Positions 51,465 to 64,000 of a stretch of 64,000 nt of DNA are shown here, piece by piece. The stretch lies in the NCBI GenBank assembly GCA_977017645.1, contig OZ360246.1, forward strand, positions 29,202,001 through 29,266,000, given 5' to 3'. The notes beneath the pieces are model-generated. The model was not told where the DNA came from. It did no database searches and saw nothing but the letters and a program-made list of their open reading frames with translations. The DNA comes from Torpedo marmorata. Taxonomy: Eukaryota. The translations under genes and the position numbers were made by a program. Each line of letters starts with the position of its first letter. The stretch's first letter is position 1.

Positions 51465-52310
51465 TGGATAGTGTTGAAGGCTGATGTAGGTTAGAGGAGG
51501 ATATAGACAGGATGCAGAGTTGGGTGGAAAAGTGGCAGATGGAGTTCAATCCAGATAAGTGTAAGGTGATGCATTTTTGGTAGGTCAAACCTGAAGGCAG
51601 AGTACATGGTAGGATTCTTAACAGTGTGGAAGAACACAGGGACCTTGGGGTCTAAATCCATAGATCTCTCAAGGTTGCCGCACAGGTGATAGGATAGTTA
51701 AGGCTTCATTAGTTGGGGGAATGAGTTCAGGAGTCGTGAGGTAATGTTGCAGCTCTATAAATCTCTGGTGAGACCACACTTGGAATATTGTGTTCAGTTC
51801 TGGTTGCCTCATTTCCTGAAAGATGTGGAAGCTATGGAGAGGGTGCAGAGGAGATTTACCAGAATGTTGCCCGGATTGGAATACATGCCTTATGAGGCAA
51901 GGTTAGCAGAACTGGGGCTTTTTTATTTGGAGCGAAAAAGGATAAGAGATGACTTAATAGAGGTCTACAAGATTATGAGAGGCACAGATAAGGTAGACAG
52001 CCAGCACCTTTTTCCCAGGGCAGAAGTAGCAAACACCAAAGGACATCTGTACAAAGTGAAGGGAGGAAAGTTTAGGGGAGACATCAGGGGTAAGTCTTTT
52101 TTAAACAGAGAGTTGTGGGTGCCTGGAATGCCTTGCCAGGGGTGGTGGAGGCTGGAACAATAGGGACATTTTAAGACTCTTAGACAGGCACATGGATGAA
52201 AGAAAAATAGAGAGTTATGAAGGTAGGGAGGGTTTAGTTTTTATTTTGGTATGTATATGCTGGCACAACATCGTGGGCCGAAGGGCCTGTACTGTGCTGT
52301 AATGTTCTAC
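51465..52310 (+). mobile_element. CR1 (HER1-like) LINE 3' fragment
   Basis: ORF 51744-52163 LYKSLVRPHLEYCVQFW...ERVQRRFTRMLPGL; tail gggccgaagggcctgtactgtgctgtaatgttcta is homologous to the V-SINE tail. Confidence 0.9.
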
Positions 52311-52489
52311 GAATCAATGAAACTAAAAAAAATACTGAAAGCAAACTGTATATTCATTTGGACCAATCAACACGTGATGATTGGCTGGTTGAAATCCTGA
52401 CTGCAGTAGCGTGATCCTTCATGGTTGGAAGATGCAGTTGGTGAGTTGATAATTTGGATAACGAATTGGCTAGCCCATTGAAGATAGAG

Positions 52490-52642
52490 GACGTCTGTTA
52501 TTGGGACTGGAGGCCTGTGACCAGTGGTGTTCCGCAGGGATCAGTGTTGGGACTCCCGTTGTTTGTGAAAAATATAAATGACTTGGATAAAAAAGTTAGT
52601 AGGTTTGCAGATGATGGAAAGATTGGTGGAGTTGTGGACAAC
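52490..52642 (+). mobile_element. CR1 RT fragment
   Basis: [19 protein letters not shown]...[13 protein letters not shown]; ends at the 5S-headed element. Confidence 0.8.
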
Positions 52643-52874
52643 GTAAAGGTAAAGGTTCCATTATTGTCACGTAATACTACATTTAGAATGTAACATACAT
52701 GAAATTATTTAATTTTTGTCTACCGTAAGGCAGACACAGAGTCGCTATTTTGTCCAGCGCCCCTCACAGAAACCTACAGCACCTGGTGTTCCTTGGCGGT
52801 CTCCCCTCCAAGTACTGACCAGTCCTGTGCCTACTTAGCTTCCGAGATCAGACAATCCCAGTCATATTCAGGCT
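52643..52874 (-). mobile_element. 5S rRNA-headed SINE (SINE3-type), head missing about 15 nt at the 5' end
   Basis: 52874-52770 is diverged 5S sequence (GTCTGATCTCGGAAGCTAAG...AGTACTTGGAGGGGAGACCGCC...GGTGCTGTAGGTTT), followed by a ~130-bp tail with a stem-loop and (ACCTTT) repeats. Confidence 0.88.
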
Positions 52875-53328
52875 ATTGGTGATGTCAAAGAATATAACAG
52901 AATATAGATATGGAAAGAGAAATGGTATCTTCTCAAAAAAATAATCAAATTGGTAAGAAATAACCTGCCCCATGTTGGCTGTCCCTATTCTGAACATGAC
53001 CTTCCAAATATGCATAAATCCTATCCTCAAGTATCCTTTGCAATCGTTTCCCTACCACTAATGTTAGGTTTACCGCCCTATAATTTCCCCTCCCTGAACA
53101 AAGGTACAAGATCTGCTACTCTCCAGTCCTCTGGGACCGCTCCTATCACTTGAAACACTATGTTTTTATTTGTGCATTACCCGCCTTACTCTGTTGAAGT
53201 TGACTTGCCAACGTTTTTCACTGCAAGTCATGAGAATAAACAATTCAATTCAATGCTGTCAACTATGTGGCTTCTTTTCCTACCCAAACTCCACTGAGTA
53301 CAGTGTCTGAGTCTTAGAACTAACCAAC

Positions 53329-54274
53329 TGTTGTGTGTGGGGGAGGCTCCCTGCCTATTGCTAGTGGTCACGTGGCCTCTCCGCCTGAAACTTATTTGGT
53401 GTACTTTTTGTTCTACTCAAAGTTACAAAATTATAGACAAAGTTACAAATTGCAGGTGGAATGCCAGTTAAGAGTGGGCTCAATCCACTGGTCAGTGCAC
53501 ACCTTGCCATTGGCTGGTTCAAAACACTCAGCGTCCTTATTGGCTAGAGCCCTGTATTTAGCACCAGCACAGAGGACACTCTCTCTCTCTGCCTTGTGGT
53601 GATAGCCCCGGACACCGCTCCATGCCAGGTCGCTACCAGACGTCGCTTGGAAGGGACGCGGGTAAGGTGCACACTGCACTGAAGCTGAGCCGTGGTATTG
53701 CTATAGCTCAAATGACTATAGATCAATACTGGAAGTAGAGCTGCAGCTCTCAACTGATCAGGGGTCCGAGAGCGTATGTATACCCCTGCGGGTACAGTGG
53801 TACCAGATCCACCTCTCAACTGATCAGGTGTCCGAGAGTGTGAGTATACCCCTGTGGGTACAGTGGCACCAGATCCACCTTCCCTTATTCAGGGGTCCGG
53901 GAGGTTGTGTATAACTCCTGCTTATAGGGTGCGAATGACTGCATCGCCTGTGTGCATTAATAATTGGGTTATTAATAATTCGACGTTCTCTGCTGTTTGT
54001 TTCCCGTTACGGTCTGATCCCACGCTCCCTTATAAATTGTGCGCGTATTTTCCCACGCTTATAAATTGTGCGCGTACTTTCCCACACTCCTTTATAAATT
54101 GTGTGAGAGAATGTTCCCACGCTTATAAATTGTGTGCGTATGTTCCCACGCTCCCTTATAAATTCTCTCTCTTATTAATTGTTGTGTTAATAAAGTTACA
54201 CTTGATTGCAAACCCATGTGTCCAGACTCGTCTCTCTTTGAACCCACCGAATCTGACACTTTCTCAACAAAACA
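53329..54274 (+). mobile_element. Solo LTR, family B (946 bp), with internal tandem repeats
   Basis: TGTT...AACA ends; 5-bp TSD ccaac (53324-28, 54275-79); AATAAA at 54189-94; ~66-bp and ~30-bp internal repeats. Confidence 0.8.
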
Positions 54275-57200
54275 CCAACTCAATGGACAAACATACTGAG
54301 CCAAGTAAGGGAGCTTTAAATGAGAAAGTGTTTCAACAAAAGGCAGGCAAAATATCCACCTGGATGATTAATCAGTCCTTCATCTGAGCAGTCATTATGG
54401 ACCAGGGCAGACAGCTTGAAGGTTATCAGAATGTGTGCTGCCCAAGGCCAACCAGCTGCTTTCCAACCTGCAGTTGGCTGAATAATGATTCACACAAGGA
54501 CAAATGTACAAAATCACTGCGATTGGAGAATGGAACAAGCAGGTAATGTGAAATCACTTTAACCATGGATTCCCAAAACAAATAATAACAAAAGCAAAGT
54601 ACTGGAAATAAAAGCAGAGGATGTTGGAAATATCCAGCAGGTCAGGCAGCATCTCTGGAGAAAGAAGCAGAGATAATGCTTCAGATCTGATGAACAATTC
54701 TGATGAAAAGTGATTGTTCCTCTGTAGGAAGATTGCCTGATACGTGGATTTCCACATTTTTCTGGTCTTATTTCTTGTGGCAATAATGAATTGTGGAATA
54801 AATCTAAAATGAATAACCCTGTCAATACACTGCTAAATAGTTCAGATGCATTCCAGAATACGATACGTGGAGGAAAAGACTTACCGACCACCGATGTGTG
54901 TTCCCTCGGATAACAGGACAATTGTCCTCACACAGATAGAGTTTAGGATGAGTTACAGGTAATGAGATGTGATAAGGGGGTGATGTGCAAGGTTCCTCAC
55001 AGACATACAAAAGTGCAATTATTAGTGCTGGAGACTTTAAAAGGTAGTGAACAAAAACACAACATTATGGAAGGTAAGTAGACGCACAGCTTGGGAACAT
55101 GGGATGCTTTATCTTTTGCAAAAAAAAGCTCATCAGTCCGACAATAATGAATTGTCATAATTTTCCATAAATCAATTATTTTATTGATTATAAACTACAA
55201 TTTTCAGATGGACTTTTTTTTTTAATGTGAAAAATACAATAGTTGCTGCGTTGAGCAGTACCTTTGACTACTGAGTTCTGTTATTTTTTTTTTACTGGTG
55301 TCTAAAGGTCTAATGACACAAGAGCCCAATGCAATGTCCAGCTACACTGTCCTGGGCAAGGTTTCCATCATCTGTGGTTTGTACTTGGCCTTAGGCAGAC
55401 TTATTGAGACTAGTACAACATGGTGAGAAAGAACATTTGTCGTGTTTTCTTGCTCAAATCTGGAGGCGTGAATTATCTACAAGTTTGGCTAATCCCGAGA
55501 AAACCCTTCTCCCAGTCCTGCTATCCAAAGAACAGCCAGGAGAATAACCTCCAGCAATTCTCTGTCTGCAGAAGTACCTGCTGATTGTGGTGCATTGATG
55601 GGTAGAGAAGGTTTACCCTGCTCCCTGGTTATCTGAAGGCAGGTAGACATTTGATCCTCATATGCTTGTTGCACACATTTTGAAAGCTTAGGTTTGACCA
55701 GAACTTTTATTTCCACAGCAGTAAATTAGAAAGCATCGGGCTGGATCTTTGCAGAATTGAAACTGGGACAAAACAAAGGCAGTCAATACAGTGTGTTCAG
55801 TCTGATGCATTTGTCCCAGCTTATTGATCGACCCCAAATTGCCTCTGATATTGCATAACCAGGTCAAATTGTAGAATAGATTCTGAGGAATGTCAAAAGA
55901 GCATACAAGGACTGATAGATTTTGGATTTTTTATATATACTTGTATGCATCCTGCCTTCACATCCACCCTTTGGCCTATGTTCCTTCCATTTCAGGATCT
56001 GAACTACGAATTTCCCACCAAACGTTCTCAGCGCTGCTATAATCACAACCCCAGCTGCTGAGGAGTGACTCTGAAGGTCATTTAACAGGATTCAGGCTCT
56101 TTGCTCATCAGGGCCACTGACTCTTTTTGAAGAGCATTCATGTATTGTTGTCGACTACACAAGACTCTCCTTGCTTGAGTTCAACCACATTTAGTCTGTG
56201 CAACTTCTAAAAATATTTTACAAGGGTATTAAAAGGGTCGAGGACAAGGATAAAATCTCTGCAAACCACCTGGCAGATCAGAAAAAGCAAATAGGCCAAA
56301 TTACAACTAAAACATGCAATGATTCTCTCAGAACTGATTCCATGCCATTTTCCTCCATTATTTCCCTGGGAATAGTTCCCCAGGCAGAAAGCTGCTGTTA
56401 AACTTAAATCTTTCCTTCCTCCAGGACTCAGGTATGTGGAAGTCTCAGAATTTGAATGCAGGGTTCAACTTAGTGGTTTGATCAAGAAATTTAAGTTTCT
56501 CAGCCAGTTAATGTAAAGGCAGAGGACTGGCATTGGAGGAGCATGTTTGTGCCGGAGCTCAGGGTGATGATGTAGAGGGCCTGGGCAAGGGGATGATGCT
56601 TTGCTGTAGGGGATATTTCGAAAGGCAACATTCAACATGGGCCTGTTGAGTGGCAGATACCATAGGGCAGGACTGAGAGCTCAAGACTGACCAGGCAAGG
56701 GAAGGAACATGCCTGTCTGAGATGCCATCCACTACAAAGAAGAAAATGTAATTTCTTGATTGTATTTTATTTTAAAAAAAATAAAATGCTTGATTTTGCT
56801 GAACACGAACAAAAACGGCAAACACCAAACTAACTCAAAAATCAAACCCAGAAGAGTCAAGGCTTAATTATGCCTTGCTCACAAACCACTGATGCTTCCA
56901 GTTCTATCCAGATTCCACCAAAAAGCAATTGTCCATCAGCACCTGCTTTATGAATTCCTTTCAACAATCACACCACAATGCTGGACTGGGTCAAACAAAA
57001 CCTCCGCCAGGCAGGTGTGCAGCACCTCAGCCACAGATAGCGACGGCTGATTCTGTGTGCAAGTGAACTCCAGTGGTACTCATGCATGCTCGGGGATCCC
57101 TAACCCTTAACGACAGCCAGTACATGTGCCAGTTGGATTTGGTGCTGTGGGTTTTAATTGCACTCCAACACACGCTAACTCTGGAATCAAAGAGGTGCTC

Positions 57201-57612
57201 CGCTTTTCCAATTCTGCTGCTTTCGTTCCCCCTTTAGGTAAAAGTCCACTTCCCCCATGAACCTGCTTCCTCTGCCCTTTCACATCACGCATTCGAGACG
57301 GATGTAGAGTGAGAATCCACACCAGTGCAATGTTGTAGAAGGTGCTGCCTCTTTGATACGATGCTAAATTGAAATTGCGCCCGGCTGCTCTAGTGACTAC
57401 GATGGGAATTTACCATTACCGATAGAAGATAGAATAAACGTGGTCTGTGTGCCTTCACATTCAAGACTGCCAGTAGTGATCTAACTGAGATGTTTAAAAT
57501 AATGCAAGGTTCGCACAGATTGGATGCAGCGAAGGGATGGAGGCTGTGCAACTTTGCAGAGCAATTGCAGTGAGATGAGTTTAGACTGAGTGACTGGATT
57601 ATAGTCTATTGT

Positions 57613-57804
57613 AGTAAAACACAAAAGTCTGCAGACACCGTGGTTGAAGTAAAAACACAATGCTGGAGAAACTCAGCAGGTCAAACAGAGTACTTTATAT
57701 AAAAAGGTAAGATACATAACCAACGTTTCAGGCTTGAGCCCTTCATCAAGCTATGAAAAAATATTGGCAGGCGATCGAACAAAATGGTGGGGGGAGGTGG
57801 GAAG
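57613..57804 (-). mobile_element. Short Penelope pseudo-LTR insertion with hammerhead-like motif
   Basis: 12-bp TSD atagtctattgt (57601-12, 57805-16); motif TTGATGAAGGGCTCAAGCCTGAAACGTT; same subfamily as 26641-26923. Confidence 0.82.
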
Positions 57805-58804
57805 ATAGTCTATTGTGCTGGGTGGAAAGGGGAAAACATTTTCTTCTCTACAATTGGAACCAAATGTTGCAACACCAGAAACACCCAACTCTAGTTTAAC
57901 AACCAGGAAATCCAAGGCCAAAATTAAATTCCACAGCGCGAGCTCCAGTTGTGTGCCAGCTGTGGAGTAATTTCTGAACTTGAGGGTCTAAAGCTAAGAA
58001 ATCTAAAATTTAAATTGCCTTCATCAATACGGAGTTCGCCCAGAGAGCTGGAAAAATGGCACAGTTTAGGACTAATAGGCTAGTAGGGTTTTATTGTGTG
58101 TCTAATCCTGTGCTATCCTGAACATGGATCACTTGAGGCTGATGCTGGTGGTGTATGAAGCACTGATGCTTCATTCATCAGCACAAACACCAGTTTCTGC
58201 TTGATGAGTAAAAGAAAATTCATTTGAAAGAAATCTAACTCCCCCAGGCCCCACAAAGAAGAATTAATATCAGTTTAAGGGGGTCAATCACTTTCACAGA
58301 TTGAAGAGTTCAAGTTTAATCAGAGAGTTTATATCTGGTGCTAGATGGGGAAGATCTAAGATTTTACATCTTTCTCATCTTGTACTGAAATTTTAATGAA
58401 CTTGGAAATCACTACCATGAATAAGCTTCACAAAGCCTTGTAATGTTGCTCTTGGGACTTGGAATGAAGTCAGCCTGTTATCAGAATATGCAGCTAATTG
58501 GTACAACTGTTTGAATGAGACACAACAGTCAACGATTATAATGCTGGGTCTTGACCTCAAGCTTTAAGCAAATAAACAGATTAAAGCACTTGAAACATCT
58601 TGCTCCTTGAACATCTGTTGGTCTCGTGAGCCTTCCCTGCTGTCTATGAGTTTCCCATCACTAAAACTTCACTATTTTGGATATCAAATTTTTATATTCC
58701 TCAGCTCTAAGAGGCATAGGATCTCAAGGCTTATCTAGAAAATGTGGCTCCAGATGAACAGAAGTCTTGGCTTCACCTTGGAGCAGTTCACAACATGCCC
58801 GAGT

Positions 58805-59425
58805 GGCAGAGGTAGTGGTGCTGCTGCCTCACAGCTCCAGCGACCTGGGTACCATCCTCATCGAGAACCAGAGGCCACAGTTTAAGAATAAGGGGTAGGC
58901 CATTTAGAACGGAGTTGAGGAAAAACATTTTCACCCAGAGAGTTGTGGATCTGTGGAATGCTCTGCCTCAGAAGGCAGTGGAGGCCAATTCTCTGGATGC
59001 TTTCAAGAAAGAATTAGATAGAGCTCTTAAAGATAGCGGAGTCAAGGGATATGGGGAGAAGGCAGGAACGGGATACTGATTGTGGATGATCAGCCATGAT
59101 CAAAGTGAATGGCGGTGCTGGCTCGAAGGGCCGAATGGCCTACTCCTGCAACTATTGTCTATCTCCAGTGCTGACTGAGCAGAATTCACAGGTTCTCCCC
59201 GTGATTGCACAGGTTCCATCAGGTGCTCCCTTCCCACATCCCGATAAATGTGCAGGTTGGTAGGTAAACTGGCCACTGTAAATTGCATCTGGTGTTTAGG
59301 TGAGTGGTAGAACCTGGGGGGAGTTGATGGGAATGCAGGGTTCAGCAAAGGCCAAGTATAAATGGGTGGTCGATGGTGTTTGTGGACTCAGTGGCCAAAG
59401 GGCCTGCCTTCACGCAGTCTGACTG
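58805..59425 (+). mobile_element. Old V-SINE interrupted by a CR1 3' fragment (about 58862-59160)
   Basis: SINE head gctgctgcctcacagctccagcgacctggg and later V-domain flank a well-preserved CR1 end (...gaagggccgaatggcctactcctgc). Confidence 0.75.
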
Positions 59426-59697
59426 CATTAATTCATTTGAAGTACAACCGCTGTTATTTTAGCAGGTGCAATCATAAATAGCAATGATACAAATGACCCA
59501 TGCAGTACTGGTTGAAGTATTATACAGAGAAGTCATCCTGATCTTTGATCTACACCATGGGATCTATAAGATCCACTTCAATTAGCTGAAGAGGCAGATG
59601 GAACTTATTTAACATCAGTGGTTCTCAAACTTTTCTTTCCACTCACATTCCACCTTAAATAATCCCTTACTAACCACAAAGCACCTATGATCTAAAC

Positions 59698-60072
59698 CAG
59701 TGGTTTTCAAACTGCCCTCTAAACTCACATTCCACCTTAAGCAATCCCTATGCCATAAGTGCTCTGTGATTAGTAAGGGATTGCTTAAGGTGGTATGTGA
59801 GTGGAAAGAAAAAGTTTGAAAACCACTGTTTTAATCGTACCTAATTGACTCGTTATGTGCAAGGTTTCATAACTCCAAAGGAAATGGGCCAATGACAATT
59901 TTTCTCAAGCAAAATATTTCAGTAACAATTGGGTCTAGAGCAGTGGTTCTCAACCCTTTTTTTCCCACTCACATACCACCTTAAGCAATCCCTTACTAAT
60001 CACAGAGCACTTATGGTATAGGGATTACTTAAAGTGGAATGTGAGTTTAGGGGGGCAGTTTGAAAACCACTG
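59698..60072. mobile_element. Composite hAT (Charlie-like) element: two inverted ~131-bp MITEs around a 112-bp spacer
   Basis: Units 59698-59828 and 59941-60072, each with CAGTGGTT(C/T)TCAA termini; outer 8-bp TSD atctaaac (59690-97, 60073-80); a half unit lies at 59616-59689. Confidence 0.88.
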
Positions 60073-60669
60073 ATCTAAACGAACAGAATAGCATTAAAAC
60101 ATCAGCCTAAGTTTCATGCTCAGTTCCTGGAACAAGCCAGGAATTGTCTGGTTCAGTTGACAGCACGAGCAGCTCAGCTAAGTTGAGATCCCAAGGTTAG
60201 CAAAGGTTTTATGTCCCCAGAGGTGCTAATGCTTCAAAACCACCACCAGTTGAATACAACAGAAAGTAAAAAGTGCTGGTAAACCAGTGAAATAGAAGGA
60301 CCTTTCAGAAAGTATGCAAACATCAGCGTTATGCGAGAGAGATGGATGGAGTTTCGCCCACCTAAAAGATCTCATTCATCAAAGGAGAATTTTCAGAGAA
60401 AAGTGAGCAAAAGTAGGAATATGGAGGCTAACGATGACTGAATGGCAACCATTAGAATCCCCATACCATTAATAGTCAAGAGCAGAGGTGAGGCTGAGCT
60501 CCATGGTAGTTCAGGCTATTGTGCGGTGGGACCCATGGTGACTACTGCAAGTGCAGTGCTGCAGAAAGTATGCTGGAACTAGCTGAGGAACGAAGGAAAA
60601 AAAACCAGGAGGGAAGCAATGGAACCGCACAAAGGACAAATCTCACGGAGCGCGAAGAATCAGAAAGAA

Positions 60670-61010
60670 CATAGAACACATGTTGTGCCAACCTAGCCCT
60701 TCCCTCCCTCCCAGACTATAACCCTCTAATTTTCATACATTGATGTGCCTATCTAAGAGTCTTTTAAATGTCCGTTTTGTATGGGACACCCCGGGCAATG
60801 TGTTTCAGGCACCCACCACTCTCTGTGTAAGATAAGCTACCTCTGACATCTCCCCTAAACTTTCCTCCACTCAGCTGTTTTGATGCCATTGCTGCCCTGG
60901 GAAAAAGGTGCTGGCTGTCTACTCCTTATGCCTCTCATAATCTCATATACCGCTATTAAGTCAGCTCTCATCCTTCATTGCACTAAAGAGAAAAGCTCCA
61001 GCTTGCTTCT
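60670..61010 (-). mobile_element. CR1 LINE 3' fragment
   Basis: Reverse complement resembles 51900-52300. Confidence 0.75.
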
Positions 61011-61557
61011 TCTCGTATAGAACTTATTCTGAGACAAAGGTTATAAATCTGGAACTCTCAGGTTTTGGTGGCAAAGATAAATGAAACTTCGAAGATGGAA
61101 ATGGATTGACTTGTGAATGAAGGGTGTTGAGTGTTACGAAGTAAAGAAGGAGCTGAGATCTGGAGCAAACCCAGAATTGCTGGAGGAACTCAGCAGGTCA
61201 GACAGCAACCATAGGTAGAAATGGTCAGTCAACATTTTGGGTTCAGCTGTGATCCAATTTGGATGGCAGAATAGGCTTCAGAAATGAATGGCTCACACTT
61301 ATACCTCCATCAGTGAAGCAGCCCATACCAATTTGTAATCACAACGCAAATTGAATGGCTGGTCTGGTTCCTCCCTCAACTCTATCCCATTACTCCTTAA
61401 TTAGGAGCTGGTTTGTTACTAAAATTCTTTTCACTTAAATTACAAGCTGCAATCGAGCAAACTTGCATCAGTGTATCAATGTGAAGAGAAACCTCCGGTC
61501 ACTCAAATTTCCAGAACAAATGGACAGGTGCAACATGACAGGGGAAAGCACAACAAG

Positions 61558-61670
61558 TTTTAAATTTATAAATTTAGACATACAGCACGGTAACAGGCCC
61601 TTTCGGCCCACGAGCCTGTGCTGCCCAGTTTTACCCAATTGACCTACAACCCCCGGTACGTTTTTGGGAG
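61558..61670 (-). mobile_element. V-SINE 3' fragment
   Basis: tttagacatacagcacggtaacaggccctttcggcccacgag tail. Confidence 0.8.
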
Positions 61671-61989
61671 GATATTGAGAAGGGTGAAGGAACAGAAAGA
61701 CCTTGGAGTCCATAGATCCTTAAACATTGAAAGACAAGTCTACAAGGTGGTTGTCCCTTATTTCACTGTGAATATGATGGGCCAACTTCCTCCTTTCTGT
61801 GTTGAACGTTTTCTACAATTCTCTTAAAATGTGCTGGAAATTTTCCCTACTGAATACTCTAGTCTGAAGTCTACTATTAAAAGTATATCCTTTAATTTAA
61901 AAAGAACAAGTTCAGTTTGCACAATGGTCAGAGGACGCCTTCCTATATTACTCAAACATCAAACACAAGACTAGGGAAGAAATGAATCA

Positions 61990-62285
61990 TACAATCATAG
62001 AAACAGGCTCTTCTTCAGCCCACCAAGTTCACATTGACCAACACCCCCCCCCCACCCCTCCCTTACATGAATCCAGTTTTCCTCCATTTTTCCATCAACT
62101 TCCCCCCAGATTCCACAGATTTGGGGCCAATTAATTTACCAACTCGTATGTCTTTGGGGCATAGGTGGAAACTATAATCCAGGAGCTACACAATCACAGG
62201 GAGAACATGTAAACTCCACAAACACAGCATTGGAGGTCAAGATTGAACCCAGATTACTGGAGTTATGAGACAGCAACTGTGCCAC
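61990..62285 (-). mobile_element. Old diverged V-SINE
   Basis: cacagggagaacatgtaaactccaca V-domain and a tRNA-like head. Confidence 0.65.
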
Positions 62286-62339
62286 TCAACAAGTGCTGGA
62301 ATTGTCTACAGTACAATTACACTGCAGCTCGAGATACAA

Positions 62340-62750
62340 TATACTGTTGTAGTTACCATGTTCAAGGAAAGTTGTGACTGCAACCAGGATACAAAGGAAG
62401 CCTGAGGATGTTGCCAGGTCTGGAGAGTTTTAGGGATGAGGAAAGATTGGAGAGACTAGGGCAGTGTTCCTTGGAACAAAGGAAGCTCGGTGAAGACTTA
62501 AATTGAGTGTATAAAATTATGAGGGGCTTTGATAGGGTAAGCAGGAAGAGTAGGATCCAGTTCTATGTTGCACAACTCTGTGACTCCAGTTCCTTGGCTG
62601 AAGGGTAAAAAAAAATACAAGGATCATCGATATAAGGTGGAAGGTTTAAAAGGAAGATGAGGAATTTTTTCCACCTGGAGAAGGGTAAGATATTGGAATC
62701 CACTGCCTGAAAAGGCAGTAAAGGTAGAAGCCATTATAACATTTAAACAG
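62340..62750 (+). mobile_element. Highly diverged CR1 3' fragment
   Basis: aggatgttgccaggtctggagag...tataaaattatgaggggc...gatagggta remnant. Confidence 0.6.
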
Positions 62751-64000
62751 TTTCTTCTTTTCAATGTCTACCTTGTATTAAAGAAAATATAAGATCGGTT
62801 TGGACAACAGTGACTGAGAATTCTATTTTTTTTTTAAACTGTTATGTTCTATCTTTGACTATTTTTACAATTGACTTAAATTTGAGCTAAATGCACAAAA
62901 TCAGATCTTGTCACTATTAATTTCGTCACTACCCTACACATCCTAAAGACTTCCAATGACCCAACACTCATTAGATCAATCCAGCTCCACCAGGAAGATC
63001 CCTAACCTCCCAAGGGGAGTAGAGATAGTGAGGCTAAGGGAAATCAATCCCTGAAGCCGGACACAAATTACTTTGGTGCTTAACCTGTGAGCTGCTCCAT
63101 CATTGTGACCTGTCCCTCAATATAGGAAACCACAGAGATGATGTGCCATTTATTTTAAAATAGCTTTTATTTTAATCCACTTGTAGGTGAAGCCGCACTG
63201 CTGAGCTTCTCATAGCATTCAGTGCGGGGATAAAACAATTTGACTCTAAATTTCCCCAGCATAAATTTTCTATTTAGTTTCTTAAATAAATCAATTTTCT
63301 TTCAGTATCGGTAGCATTATTTTACCTAATTTACAAATAAAAAGAACCCCCAAGTGAGTGGGAATGCTTTTAAAAAGATGCCAAACTTACAAGGGATTTC
63401 AAACTCCAGCCCAATGCCTTACACCATGCAACAACTGGCTCAGAAAATACTAGGCTGCCCCTTGACGTTTAACAAGTTAATGTTTTTTCTTTGAGTTGGT
63501 TATTAGAGGATGGGATGTCTGGCTTTGAATGTTTTACGTGGCATTGGCTTTCTTTACAGGCCTGAACCACTCAAACGTATTGGCAGAGTGGATTTGAAAT
63601 AACTTGCAAGTTTGACAACATCTTAACAGGAATAAAAACAGTCTCCTGAGAAAATAAAACAGAAGACTTACAAATAAAACATCCAACATCCCATGCAAGT
63701 TAACCCCTGCAGTTGCTCTTTCAACAGGAAGTGATGTCACCAAAATTCCAATTCCAACAGCTTCCTTTGCAAAGCAAGATGGGGAGTTGCATTTTAGCAA
63801 CACCCCACATGATGGTAGTGTGTTAGTTTGACGTTATTTGCAGTTTGACAATTTTTTTTTTAAAGAGACCGTTATCCTTTGCTTGGTCCATATATTAAGG
63901 CCATTTGGAATAGATTTTTTTTCCACGTTGTTTTGCCAGTTGCAATATCTGGCATATATATGTTTTAAATCTCAAATTTAATTTGAAGGTTTTAAATCTT

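Noticed and set aside
52770-52874. Functional 5S rRNA gene
   Set aside because: 5'-truncated, diverged, solitary and fused to a SINE tail.

Overview
Vertebrate genomic DNA, almost certainly from a cartilaginous fish (probably a batoid), judging from its V-SINE, CR1, Rex1 and Penelope repeats. The only host gene found is kazrin (KAZN) on the minus strand: five phase-consistent coding exons (21026-20821, 9446-9328, 7687-7456, 4723-4622, 2149-1983) encode the three-SAM-domain C-terminal half. No upstream exon was found, so 21027-64000 appears to be one long intron. The introns hold an L1 nested in an L1, a Neptune-like Penelope element with inverted pseudo-LTRs and hammerhead motifs, four solo LTRs, hAT and Tc1/mariner MITEs, a ~4 kb 40-bp minisatellite, and a full-length ferritin retrocopy that keeps its iron-responsive element. 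The most unusual observations are: (1) one ~130-bp retroposon tail found once behind a 5S rRNA head and once behind an almost intact tRNA-Thr(UGU) head, the latter with an A58T change at the m1A58 position; (2) a hAT-terminated palindromic MITE whose arms are SINE tails; (3) the ferritin retrocopy and a SINE stacked at one target site, giving three copies of the target duplication; (4) small fold-back Penelope derivatives carrying two hammerhead motifs. All calls were made by eye with no database search, and boundaries of old repeats are approximate.
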